Shown one piece after another: positions 38,536 to 49,385 of a stretch of DNA of 64,000 bases; positions within the stretch are counted from its first letter, which is position 1, and every line of letters begins with the position of its first letter. Source of the stretch: Acidobacteriota bacterium (GTDB lineage: Bacteria; Acidobacteriota; UBA890; WLXD01); contig CAXWPH010000012.1 in the NCBI GenBank assembly GCA_963666055.2, positions 320,001 to 384,000 of the forward strand, read 5' to 3'. Below the pieces are notes generated by a model, which was not told the DNA's origin, ran no database searches, and was given only the letters and a program-made list of their open reading frames with translations. Both the position numbers and the translations under genes were made by a program.

Positions 38536-39179
38536 CGCAACCCCCGGGCCGCCGCGATGAAGTTGCGGAGCATTTGCAGGCCGGCCGCGGCACTCTTCTC
38601 CGGATGGAACTGCGTGCCCCAGGTGTTGGCGACACGCACCACGGCGGGAAACCGGTCGCCCTCATAGTCCGACCAGGCGATCACCTGGCCGCCCACCGGC
38701 GGCGGGACAACGTACCTGTTGGCGTAGTAGACAACAGGCGATTCGACGCCGACGAGGAGTGGGTCATCTGCACTACTTGTCGCTGCGGCCGTGAACTCGT
38801 TGCCGAGCCCTGCTTCGAGCGCAATGCTGTTCCAGCCCATCTGCGGCGTGCGCCGCACCCGCAGACGCCGTACGGTCCCGGGCAGCAGGCCTATTCCAGC
38901 TCCGGCGGCCTCCTCGCTGCGGTCGTAGAGCAACTGCATGCCGAGGCAGATGCCCAGGCAAGGATGCCCATCAATCAGTCGTTCCCGGATACTGTGGACC
39001 GACTCCCCGAGCCGCTCGGCGGCGGCGCCGAAGGCTCCTACTCCCGGCAACACCAGCGCCGATTCCCGCAAGGCGGCGGTAGCGTCCGTGCACACCCTTA
39101 CCTCGGCTCCGCCGGCCTGCAGCGCCTTGCCGAGCGAGTGCAGGTTACCGACGCCGAAGTCCAGTAACGCGACCCTCAT
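38532..39179 (-). CDS. hisH: IGP synthase glutaminase subunit
   Basis: DFGVGNL, LPGVGAF, GICLGMQ, MGWN, QFHPEKS. Confidence 0.95.
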   Translation of the reverse strand: MRVALLDFGVGNLHSLGKALQAGGAEVRVCTDATAALRESALVLPGVGAFGAAAERLGESVHSIRERLIDGHPCLGICLGMQLLYDRSEEAAGAGIGLLPGTVRRLRVRRTPQMGWNSIALEAGLGNEFTAAATSSADDPLLVGVESPVVYYANRYVVPPPVGGQVIAWSDYEGDRFPAVVRVANTWGTQFHPEKSAAAGLQMLRNFIAAARGLR

Positions 39180-41605
39180 CGCGCCGCCTCCGCGAGAACG
39201 GCATCCATCGCCACCAGCAACCGCTTCATGAGGTCGGACGGGCCGACGGTAATGCGTACACAGTCGCCGACCGAAAGCCCCGGGAACGCGCGTACGCCGA
39301 CGCCTCGAGCACGCAGCGCCGCCTCGAGCTCGACAGCGCTATCGACGCGTTCCGACACGCCGACCAGGAGGAAGTTGGCAGACGATGGCCACACGCGCAT
39401 TCCTCGCGCCTGGAGCGCGCCGCTCAGCACCTCGCGGTGTCTCGCGACGCGGCACACGATATCGCGTCGCCACGCAGCATCTGCGCGCAGCGTGCGCACG
39501 GCCAACCGCTCAGCCAGCGCGTTGAGCTTGTAGGGGCCTCGCGCTCGCTCGATCTCGGCCACCAATCGCGGTGGACCCACCGCGTAGCCAACGCGCAGCC
39601 CCGCCAACCCGGCAACCTTCGAAAACGTTCGTAGCACCACGGTATTGCGCGATGCTGCTGCCCAGGGTGCGAGCGAAGGCTCGGGCGCGAAGTCGATGTA
39701 GGCTTCATCCAACAGCATGATTCCGGCAAGTCGGGAAGCGAGGCGCTGCGTCGCCTCTCGGTTGGCGAGCACACCGGCGGGATTCTCCGGGCGGCACAGA
39801 TAGGTGGCCGGTGCGCGCAGCGCCGCGAGCGCCTCGAGGTCGGGTTGCAAATCAGCGCCGGTCGGCACCGGGAGCCGGCGAATGTCGTTGACTTGCGCGA
39901 AGGCGGCGATCATCGAGAAGGTCGGCTCGCTGTGCGCCAGGGTACCGCCGGGCTCGACGAAGGCACGTAGCGCGGCGTCCAGTAGATCATCGGATCCGCA
40001 GCCGGTAGCAATGCACTCCTCACCCACCCCGAGCTCTTCCGCCAGGGCCTGCTTGAGCCCGTCGCCATACACGCTCGGGTAGCGCAACAGCGTCTCGTCA
40101 TCGACCTCGGCAAGGCCGGTGCGCACGGCGGGTGCCAGCCCGAACAGGCTGGTGTTGTCGCTCAGCTCCACTTCCGCGTCTCGACGTCCAGGGGCATAGA
40201 GCGGTAACCGTCGAATGTTGTCACGAGCTTGAGGCTCGGCACGCTCTTGTCGTCGATTCGGCGCCGCCGGCGCTCCTTGTCGCGCGGCGGCGGCGGCGTG
40301 CGCTGGCAACCCCTCGAGATCCGCCAGCGTAGACGCGGTGGTGGCAAGAGCCACGGCGACCGCCCGATCGATCCGTTGGAAGCTCGTCCAGCGCATGAAG
40401 GCGTCGGTTGACAGGCCCGAATAGGTGCGTGCCCGCCCGCCGGTCGGCAGCACGTGGTTCGAGCCGCTTGCGTAGTCGCCGAAGGTGACCGAGCTGTGCG
40501 CGCCGAGGAACACGCTACCCGCGAAGCGCACGCGCTCGGCAGCCTCCTCCGCCAGCCGACCCACCGCAAGCAAGTGCTCCGGCGCGTACGCGTCAGCGAA
40601 GTCGCGCGCCTCCTCCATCGAGTCGACCAGTAGCAGTGCGCCGCGCGTCGCCACTGACTCCTCGATCGTGGCCCGCGTCGTGGCCGCCATCCGACGCGAC
40701 ATTTCGGTCACCGCCTCGTCGATCTCCTCAGCGAGGCCACGGTCGTCGGTGATCACACACACAGCCGCGCGCGGATCGTGCTCTGCTTGTGCCAGCACCT
40801 CTGCGGCCACCAGACCGGGGTCGACATCGCCGTCTGCGATCACCAGCAGCTCGGAGGGCCCGGCCGGACAGTCAATCGCAACCTCGGCTCCGAGCTGCAA
40901 CTTGGCTTCCTCGACCCACGCGTTGCCCGGTCCGACGATCTTGTCGACTGGCGCAATGGTTGCGGTTCCCAGCGCCATCGCGGCGACCGCGCCGGCGCCA
41001 CCGACAGCGAACAGCCGATCAGCGCCGGCAATCCGGCAGGCGGCGAGGACAGCAGGTGACGGCATACCATCAGAACGCGGCGGCGAGCATACGATGATCT
41101 CGTCGACTCCCGCCACCCGAGCTGGGATCACACACATCAGGACGCTGCTCGGGTAGGCTGCCCGCCCGCCCGGAGCGTAGGCGCCTATGCGTCGAAGCGG
41201 TACGGGACGGCGCTCGACTCGAACGCCCACTTGCGCCTCGACAACCGTCGAACGTGGGCGCTGCGCCTCATGCACCGCTGCGATTGCCTCGGAGGCACGC
41301 TCCAGCGCGACGCGCGCCTCCAGGTCGAGGCCCTCCAGCGCCTCGCTCCAGGCAGCGGGTGCTACCTCTAGATTCTCCAGCTGCGCGCCATCGAACTGTC
41401 GCGCTAGGCGCCGCAGCGCCTCGTCTCCATCGCGCCGAACTTCCGCGATGATGCCGCGCACGGTGTCAACGATCTCCCCGTCGCGCCCCCCCGCACGCTC
41501 CAGCAAGCACCGTAGTGCCGTGTCGTCCAGCTCGGCGAGCGGCCCGCGAACCCTGAACAACGACGCGTTGGAGCCGCTCTCACGTGCCGAAGAGCCCACC
41601 GTCAT
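39176..41605 (-). CDS. hisD: Fused histidinol dehydrogenase / histidinol-phosphate aminotransferase (HisD-HisC), 809 aa
   Basis: HisD motifs (YAPGG, PSSVLM, GPGN, AGPSE, QAEHD, APEHL, GDY.SG.NHVLPT) in frame with HisC motifs (GSDD, NPAG, DEAY, RTFSKVAGLAGLRVGY, RITVG). Confidence 0.85.
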   Translation of the reverse strand: MTVGSSARESGSNASLFRVRGPLAELDDTALRCLLERAGGRDGEIVDTVRGIIAEVRRDGDEALRRLARQFDGAQLENLEVAPAAWSEALEGLDLEARVALERASEAIAAVHEAQRPRSTVVEAQVGVRVERRPVPLRRIGAYAPGGRAAYPSSVLMCVIPARVAGVDEIIVCSPPRSDGMPSPAVLAACRIAGADRLFAVGGAGAVAAMALGTATIAPVDKIVGPGNAWVEEAKLQLGAEVAIDCPAGPSELLVIADGDVDPGLVAAEVLAQAEHDPRAAVCVITDDRGLAEEIDEAVTEMSRRMAATTRATIEESVATRGALLLVDSMEEARDFADAYAPEHLLAVGRLAEEAAERVRFAGSVFLGAHSSVTFGDYASGSNHVLPTGGRARTYSGLSTDAFMRWTSFQRIDRAVAVALATTASTLADLEGLPAHAAAAARQGAPAAPNRRQERAEPQARDNIRRLPLYAPGRRDAEVELSDNTSLFGLAPAVRTGLAEVDDETLLRYPSVYGDGLKQALAEELGVGEECIATGCGSDDLLDAALRAFVEPGGTLAHSEPTFSMIAAFAQVNDIRRLPVPTGADLQPDLEALAALRAPATYLCRPENPAGVLANREATQRLASRLAGIMLLDEAYIDFAPEPSLAPWAAASRNTVVLRTFSKVAGLAGLRVGYAVGPPRLVAEIERARGPYKLNALAERLAVRTLRADAAWRRDIVCRVARHREVLSGALQARGMRVWPSSANFLLVGVSERVDSAVELEAALRARGVGVRAFPGLSVGDCVRITVGPSDLMKRLLVAMDAVLAEAAR

Positions 41606-42489
41606 GGCAATAACCTTTCGATCTTGGTGAGCAGGATGCCGGTCGCTCCGAGCTGCCTCAGTCTGGAGATGACCTCGAAGGCCTCGCTCTGGCCGATCAC
41701 CGCGTGCGCCGCCACCAGGTCTCCGCCATTGAGCAGGTCGATAATCGTCGGGCCGTCGAGCCCAGGCAGTACCCGCCGCACCTCGTCGAGTGCCGAGCGG
41801 GGTACGTTTGCCATCAGGTAGCGTTTGTCCTTCGCCCGCACCACGGACTCGAGGGCGTCGGTTAGATCGCGCACTACGGCGCCACTGCCGTTTCCCTCGG
41901 CGGCCCCCGCTCGGCCCACGAGCACAGCGCTCGACTCCATGACGGTGGTGATCTCGCGCAAGCCATTCGTCTTGAGCGTCGAGCCGGTGGAGACCAGATC
42001 GACGATGATGTCGGCCAGGCCTAGGTGCGGTGCGATCTCGGCAGCCCCGGATACGGGCACCAGCGTGACGCGACGGCCCGCAGCCGAGAAGAAGGCTTCG
42101 CTGCAAGAGGGAAACGATGTCGCCACCGGCGCTCCATCCGGGATGTCCTGGATCGAATGCACGCTGTCTTCGTCGCGTACCGCAACCACCAGGCGACAGC
42201 GGCCGAACTCCAGATCGAGCAGCTCGTGCAACGATCGCCCGCTCTCGCGTACCAGGTCACGGCCGGTAATGCCGAGGTCCGCGGCGCCGTCGGCGACAAA
42301 CTCCGGAATGTCATTGGCACGCACGAACAACGCCAGGAACCGATCGCCGAGCTTCGCCTGCAAGGCTCGCCCGCTTATGTGCGAGAACACGAGTCCCGCC
42401 TCCTTTATGAGCTCGCGAGACGGCTCAGCCAGGCGCCCCTTGTTGGGCAGGGCAATGCGTATCATCGGATACCTCGAATCTGTACTCAC
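41602..42489 (-). CDS. hisG: ATP phosphoribosyltransferase, long form (start may be ATG 42465)
   Basis: IALPNKGRL, RANDIP, DLGITG, ATSF, GAAEIAP, DLVSTGSTL, C-terminal regulatory domain. Confidence 0.96.
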   Translation of the reverse strand: MSTDSRYPMIRIALPNKGRLAEPSRELIKEAGLVFSHISGRALQAKLGDRFLALFVRANDIPEFVADGAADLGITGRDLVRESGRSLHELLDLEFGRCRLVVAVRDEDSVHSIQDIPDGAPVATSFPSCSEAFFSAAGRRVTLVPVSGAAEIAPHLGLADIIVDLVSTGSTLKTNGLREITTVMESSAVLVGRAGAAEGNGSGAVVRDLTDALESVVRAKDKRYLMANVPRSALDEVRRVLPGLDGPTIIDLLNGGDLVAAHAVIGQSEAFEVISRLRQLGATGILLTKIERLLP

Positions 42490-42490
42490 G

Positions 42491-42528
42491 AAAAAAACCG
42501 CGGCCCGTCGAACTCGACAGGCCGCGGC
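42491..42528 (-). terminator. Intrinsic terminator of the his attenuator
   Basis: Minus strand CCGCGGCCTGTCGA-GT-TCGACGGGCCGCGG followed by T7, directly before hisG. Confidence 0.9.
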
Positions 42529-42558
42529 GGAAGATCTTGTTGATTCGGCGTTACACGA

Positions 42559-42630
42559 TCAGCGCACGCCACCGCCCCGGCCCATGGGGCCGTGATGATG
42601 GTGGTGATGGTAGTGTTCGCCGTTCCACAT
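42559..42630 (-). CDS. hisL: His operon leader peptide MWNGEHYHHHHHHGPMGRGGGVR
   Basis: 23-codon ORF with 7 His codons upstream of the terminator and hisG; missing from the ORF track. Confidence 0.9.
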   Translation of the reverse strand: MWNGEHYHHHHHHGPMGRGGGVR

Positions 42631-42743
42631 GGTCCGCACAGCGTAGAGCACCACCCCGGGGCACACAAGACCCTCCTGGCGCGGCGGCGCCGTCGCCTGT
42701 AGCCTCAGCGGCCATCGACGTCCATCTAACGAGGAGTGCGCGA

Positions 42744-43043
42744 ATGAGGATGATGCTCAAGGTTACGATTCCGGTAGAAGCGGGGAATGCTGCTATCGCC
42801 GACGGTTCGCTGCCCGGTGCGGTGATGCAGTTCGTGGAGAAAATGCAGCCGGAGGCCTCGTACTTCATCGCAGAAGGTGGCGTGCGCACCGCCCTGTTCT
42901 TCTTCGACATGAAAGATTCGTCCAACCTTCCTTCCATCGCCGAACCGTTCTTCACGAAACTCAAGGCTGGCATCACCGTGACACCGGCGATGGACCTCGC
43001 TGATATGAAGGCCGGCGTCGAGAGGGCGATGACCGACAGTTGA
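42744..43043 (+). CDS. Small conserved ferredoxin-like-fold protein (DUF3303-like)
   Basis: MRMMLKVTIPVEAGNAAI...PEASYF..GGVRTALFFFD...IAEPFF...TPAM; GAGGAG SD. Confidence 0.6.
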   Translation: MRMMLKVTIPVEAGNAAIADGSLPGAVMQFVEKMQPEASYFIAEGGVRTALFFFDMKDSSNLPSIAEPFFTKLKAGITVTPAMDLADMKAGVERAMTDS

Positions 43044-43148
43044 GCAGGCTTGCGTACGAGTCCCTCCGCCGCGCGATCAGCGCCGGCGTGGATCAGGGGA
43101 CCATCCGTCTGAGGCGATGAATTTGGATCGATGCGGACTATCGAGCCC

Positions 43149-43874
43149 ATGAGCGAGCTGCACGACTTCGCCAGGAGGTATGCCGGCGCCTGGTGTAGCC
43201 ACGAACCCGCTAGGGTCGCCGAGTTCTATTCGGAGAACGGATCGTTGTGCGTCAACGACGGCGAGCCGGCGGCCGGGCGCGAGGCGATCACCGAGGTGGC
43301 GCAGGGGTTCATGTCCGCTCTCCCGGACATGATGCTACACATGGACGGGCTCGAGCTGGAGGGCGAGCTACCGATCTTCCGCTGGACGCTGGTGGGCACG
43401 AACTCAGGCCCGGGTGGAACCGGCAACCAAGTCCACATCAGCGGCTTCGAACAATGGAGGATCGGCGCCGACGGGCTGATCGACGAGTCACTCGGCAACT
43501 TCGACGCGGCGGAATACGACCGGCAGATCGCACAAGGTGTCGAGCCCGGACCGTCGTTGGCGCGAATCTGGCACGGCTGGACGACACCTGAGAACGCGGA
43601 CGCCTACGAGCGTTTGCTGCGCACCGAGATCTTCCCTGGAATCGCCGCCAAGGGCGTAGCCGGATATCGTGGCGTCCGTCTTTTGCGGCGTATCGTGTCG
43701 GACGACGAGGTCGAGTTCGTCACGATCCTATGGTTCGACGACCTGCCTTCGGTTCGCGAGTTCGCCGGCGTTGACTACGAGACTGCCTACGTTCATGATG
43801 CCGCACGCGAGTTGCTGGCGCGGTTCGACCTGTGCAGCCAGCACTATGATCTTCGTCAACGGCTGAAGTACTGA
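43149..43874 (+). CDS. SnoaL/NTF2-like domain fused to ABM-like dimeric alpha/beta domain
   Basis: YAGAWCSHEP...FRWTLVGTNSGPGGTG..V.ISGFEQW then ARIWHGWTTPENADAYE...EFVTILWFD. Confidence 0.75.
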   Translation: MSELHDFARRYAGAWCSHEPARVAEFYSENGSLCVNDGEPAAGREAITEVAQGFMSALPDMMLHMDGLELEGELPIFRWTLVGTNSGPGGTGNQVHISGFEQWRIGADGLIDESLGNFDAAEYDRQIAQGVEPGPSLARIWHGWTTPENADAYERLLRTEIFPGIAAKGVAGYRGVRLLRRIVSDDEVEFVTILWFDDLPSVREFAGVDYETAYVHDAARELLARFDLCSQHYDLRQRLKY

Positions 43875-44219
43875 CGCAGTAGCACGCCAAGCCCCAGCCT
43901 ACGGTTTTCCCTTGCTCGAGCTTGCGGGCGCAACGTCAGTCCGACCATCGGCCGTCTTGTGGGTGGAGCGCGAACTCCCGGGCGCCTTCCTCAACCGCCC
44001 AGTCCTCGAGCTCCCGCACGACGCGTTCCCCTAGACCATGGTCTCGGTAGGCCGGTCGAACCGTCATCTGATCGACCTATACGAGGACGTCGTACGGTGA
44101 ACTCGTTGTTCACTGAACCTGTGGAAACCGTTGTTGAAAAACGACGGTCCTCGGGCGGGCGGGCACCAACGCGAGGCTCTGAGCGGTTTGCACCGCTTGC
44201 GGTGCAGTCGGACGGCCTG

Positions 44220-45296
44220 CTAGCGTCCGTTCCATACCCGCCATCGATCGACGACACGTTGTCCGCGAACCACGTAGCACTCCGGAAAGCATGCGGCGGT
44301 CAGACAGGAGTGGTTCGGTAGGATCCGGAGACGTCTACCGACGGGTCGAGGCAGCGACAGCTTGCCATGCTCCTGGCTCAATGAGACCACCTGCAAATCG
44401 TCATCGAGGGTGCCGGCCTCGTAGTCGTCGTAGATCGCTCCCATGCTCGCAGGTGGAAGCCCGGGATCCTGGGAAAGGGCCAACGCGCCCGCGTCGACAA
44501 CCGCGTGGTCACGACTCGACGAGACCACGCTGCTGACAACTGTAAGGGCGCAATCGGCCACGGTGCACGAGCCCAGACGAACCTGCATCAGGTCGAAGTA
44601 GGCGTAGTTTCCGGGACGCGCCTCGCTAATCCCATCGAGGTCGCGGACGGCGGTCATCGATGGGGTCGAGCCCACGCTGAGCGCTGGAACTTCGTAGCCG
44701 GCCGCCCGCAAGCGGTCGGCAACCTCGACCTGGACCCGGCGCTCCTGCTCGGCGGCGGCGGCACGCCCCTCGACGGTGTCGTGATCGTAGGCATCGCCGG
44801 AATGAGACAACAGGCCGGCGAATCGCAGCCGCTCGGCCTCGATCAGGCCAACGAGACGTTCGGCCGTATCGGCGGCAGGATCGATTCCGGAGCGACCGTA
44901 GCCGCAGTCGACCTTGATCCAGGTCTTGAACGGATGCTTGGTTGCCACCAGCGCCTGGGCGGCGTGCATGGAGTCAACGACAACACCGAGCTCAACGCGC
45001 TGCGCCAGCACCTGCGCTTGCGGAATGCGCGACAGAATCAGCGGGAACGCCCAGGTGATGTCATCGAATCCAGCGTCGGCAAATACTTCGGCCTCGTAGA
45101 GCGTCGCCGCGGTGATTCCTCGTGCGCCTGCTTCCACTTGCAGCTTGCCGATCTGGATGCACTTGTGCGCCTTGACATGGGGACGAAGCGACACGCCGAG
45201 CTGCCGCGCGCGGCCGGCCATCGAGCTGATGTTGGCCTCGAGCTTGTCAAGGTCAACGATTAGCGCCGGTGTCGGGAGGTCGTCCAAATTCATCAT
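44220..45296 (-). CDS. DSD1/D-threonine-aldolase-like PLP enzyme (alanine racemase fold)
   Basis: LPTPALIVD, RPHVKAHK, GYGRSG, SVGSTP, RPGNY, DAGALALSQD, SQEHG, PNHSC. Confidence 0.87.
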   Translation of the reverse strand: MMNLDDLPTPALIVDLDKLEANISSMAGRARQLGVSLRPHVKAHKCIQIGKLQVEAGARGITAATLYEAEVFADAGFDDITWAFPLILSRIPQAQVLAQRVELGVVVDSMHAAQALVATKHPFKTWIKVDCGYGRSGIDPAADTAERLVGLIEAERLRFAGLLSHSGDAYDHDTVEGRAAAAEQERRVQVEVADRLRAAGYEVPALSVGSTPSMTAVRDLDGISEARPGNYAYFDLMQVRLGSCTVADCALTVVSSVVSSSRDHAVVDAGALALSQDPGLPPASMGAIYDDYEAGTLDDDLQVVSLSQEHGKLSLPRPVGRRLRILPNHSCLTAACFPECYVVRGQRVVDRWRVWNGR

Positions 45297-45330
45297 GTTC
45301 GCATCCAGTCGTTGATACGATGACGACGGC

Positions 45331-46428
45331 ATGTCGAGACAGATCCTGCACCTGGACCTCGATGCGTTCTACCCCGCCGTCGAAGTTCTCGACGATCCGC
45401 AACTTGCCGGCAAACCGGTCATCGTTGGCGGCCTCGGACGGCGCGGCGTGGTGGCATCGGCCTCGTACGAGGCTCGCGCCATCGGTGTCCACTCGGCACT
45501 ACCGATGGCGATTGCACGACGCCGCTGTCCGGACGGGGTCTACCTGCGGCCCCGATTCGACCGCTACCGCGAACTGTCGGGGTTAGTGTTCGAGATCTAT
45601 CGAGAGTGGACGGACCTCATGCAGCCACTGTCGCTCGACGAGGCCTACCTCGATGTCTCGGAGCGCCCCGAAAGCGGCGTCGAGATCGCCACTATCATCC
45701 GACGGCATGTTCTTGCCCGATCCGGGCTGACCGTCTCGGCCGGCGTGGCAAGTAACAAGTTCCTGGCGAAGCTCGCCTCCGATTTCGACAAGCCGGACGG
45801 CCTGACAGCGATCGCCGATGCCGATGCGGTCGATTTCCTCGCCCCGCTAGACGTCGATCGAATCTGGGGTATCGGACCCTCGACTGCAGCGCGGCTGCGA
45901 GACGCCGGCCTGCCGCGCATCGGCGACTTGGCTGCCGCCGACCCGGAGCGGCTGCGGGAGCTTCTGGGCAAGAACGGCCTGCGCGTCGGCGAGCTGGCGC
46001 GCGGCATTGATACGCGACCGGTATCCAAGCCGGGGCGACCGAAGTCAATCTCCGCCGAAACCACCTTCGACCAGGACATCCGCAGCTGGCGAGAGGCGGC
46101 GCCGCATGTTCGTCGCTTCGCCGAACGAGTCTCTGCATCGCTGGAGCGTCGAGACCTCTGGGCGCGTACCGTCGTGCTCAAGGTACGCTTCCACGACTTT
46201 CGCACCGTGACTCGCTCGCTGACGCCCGGCGATCCGGTACGCAGCAGCGAGCAGTTACGCTCCATCGCGCGTCAGCTGGCCCGCCGTGTTGAGTTGCAAC
46301 CGGGGACCGGTATCCGCCTGATCGGACTCGGGGTCGCCAACCTCGGAAGACTCGAGGAGCTTCCCGTGGGCGCCCAGGCGCAAGCGAGCGCGTTGCCACA
46401 AATGCGCCTTTTCGAGCTCGTCGACTAG
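45331..46428 (+). CDS. dinB: DNA polymerase IV
   Basis: HLDLDAFY, ASYEAR, SLDEAYLD, NKFLAKLAS..KPDG, KSISAETTF, RLIG. Confidence 0.95.
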   Translation: MSRQILHLDLDAFYPAVEVLDDPQLAGKPVIVGGLGRRGVVASASYEARAIGVHSALPMAIARRRCPDGVYLRPRFDRYRELSGLVFEIYREWTDLMQPLSLDEAYLDVSERPESGVEIATIIRRHVLARSGLTVSAGVASNKFLAKLASDFDKPDGLTAIADADAVDFLAPLDVDRIWGIGPSTAARLRDAGLPRIGDLAAADPERLRELLGKNGLRVGELARGIDTRPVSKPGRPKSISAETTFDQDIRSWREAAPHVRRFAERVSASLERRDLWARTVVLKVRFHDFRTVTRSLTPGDPVRSSEQLRSIARQLARRVELQPGTGIRLIGLGVANLGRLEELPVGAQAQASALPQMRLFELVD

Positions 46429-46535
46429 CTCGGCCGCTCGCTGTAGTGTCGTTGGCGGGCGGGCAATAGACTGGGACCCACTCGGCACAGCGGGGCGGAG
46501 TTGGTGGCGTGGCGAGTCGACTGGGAGGGCGAAAC

Positions 46536-47213
46536 ATGGCTTTGGATGTTCTGATCACCGGCGCCAATCGCGGCATCGGGCTCCAGATCGCGCGTCACAT
46601 GTCGCAGCGAGGCGATCGGGTCGTGGCGACGGCCCGCAATCCCGATGCGGCGGATGAGCTGCGCTCCCTCGACGTACGCGTCGAGCCACTCGATGTCACG
46701 AACGCCGACCAGGTTGCGGAACTTGCCGCAGCTCTGCAGCCTGGCGCCTTCGACGTGCTGCTAAACAACGCCGGTGTTGGGGTCCGGGGCCAACCCCTCG
46801 GCAACCTCGACTTCGACAAGATGTTGCGGTTTTTCGACACCAATGCGGTCGGAGCGATGCGCGTTACCGAAGCCCTGTTGCCGCACTTGCGCCGCGGCAA
46901 AGCGCGTAAGGTCATGCACCTCACGAGCCTGATGGGGAGCATCAGCGACAACACCAGCGGTGGTTCCTATGCCTACCGGGCCAGCAAGGCGGCGCTCAAC
47001 ATGCTCAACCGCAGCCTGTCGATCGATCTGGCGGAAGAGGGGTTCATATGCGCCGTTCTGCACCCCGGATGGGTGCAAACGAACATGGGCGGGGCGGCCG
47101 CTCCGACGCCGGTTCGGGAGAGCGCCGCAGGGCTTGTTCACCTGATCGACGGACTCGGCCACGACGACAACGGCGGCTTCTTCGATTTCACCGGGAAAGA
47201 ACTTCCGTGGTGA
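46536..47213 (+). CDS. SDR oxidoreductase (CsgA/C-factor-like)
   Basis: TGANRGIG, NNAG, YRASKAALN, HPGWVQTNMGG. Confidence 0.92.
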   Translation: MALDVLITGANRGIGLQIARHMSQRGDRVVATARNPDAADELRSLDVRVEPLDVTNADQVAELAAALQPGAFDVLLNNAGVGVRGQPLGNLDFDKMLRFFDTNAVGAMRVTEALLPHLRRGKARKVMHLTSLMGSISDNTSGGSYAYRASKAALNMLNRSLSIDLAEEGFICAVLHPGWVQTNMGGAAAPTPVRESAAGLVHLIDGLGHDDNGGFFDFTGKELPW

Positions 47214-47392
47214 GCGCTTCCGAGCCGCAGCTAAAAAAGCAGCCGCAGCCTGAAGAGAGCTTCGACTGGCAGACACATCCGTCGGTGAACACCCCGCGGC
47301 ATTGCCCGTGGTGTGGCATTCAGGCGCTTCACGAGCACCACTGCAAGCAAATTTGCCTGGCGTGCGGGTGGTATCGGTCCTGCGTCGACTGA
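47210..47392 (+). CDS. Small Cys-rich zinc-ribbon protein (60 aa)
   Basis: GTGA overlap with SDR stop; CPWCG-x7-CKQICLACGWYRSCVD. Confidence 0.65.
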   Translation: MSASEPQLKKQPQPEESFDWQTHPSVNTPRHCPWCGIQALHEHHCKQICLACGWYRSCVD

Positions 47393-47417
47393 GCAGAACG
47401 GCGTCCGACCGATAGGC

Positions 47418-48845
<1,428 letters not shown>

Positions 48846-49105
48846 CACGTGCTCCTGCGACCTGGCTGGGTGTCCCCCCCGAGACGAGGCCACGACGATC
48901 ACCGGCAGCAGCCAGTCCGTAGGGGCTTCCGACTCGCGGAAAACCTCATTGTACGGATTTTCCCTTGCAATTGTTCGCCGTACGGCGGCAGCGAGCAGGC
49001 GGACGCGCCAAGCTGCAGACGTCCGGACGCCAGGAAAAACCGCCCCGAGTCGGATAAGGTACAAGGACGGTCAGAATCCCACGAACTGAACACTGAACTG
49101 TCTAG

Positions 49106-49376
49106 CAGGCCGTGGTGAAAGTGTGGTGGATCTGGCGACAGGGTCTTGCGACGTGGAGGCAAGGAGAGAGGAGGAGGCGATGGTTACCCCATCGTTGACG
49201 AGGAACGACGCAGCATGCGCGCGCAACCCCCTGTCGCCCGAAGGGTTACGGCGATTTGGGGCCATTTGCGGCGTTGGCCTTCCTCGACGATGGCTAGGGC
49301 ATCGCCAGTGTCAGGCCGCCTTGCATCTGGCCCCAACTCGCCGTAACCAGACCCACCACACTTTCACCACGGCCTG
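49106..49376 (+). mobile_element. 271-bp MITE-like repeat, copy 2
   Basis: 30-bp TIR with 1 mismatch, flanked by CTAG on both sides. Confidence 0.88.
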
Positions 49377-49385
49377 CTAGGGCCG

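Noticed and set aside
43875-44219. 345-bp gap with TGTGGAAAC/TGTTGAAAA, considered as DnaA boxes or an ncRNA
   Set aside because: Matches are at least two mismatches from consensus, too few, and no convincing structure or ORF was found.
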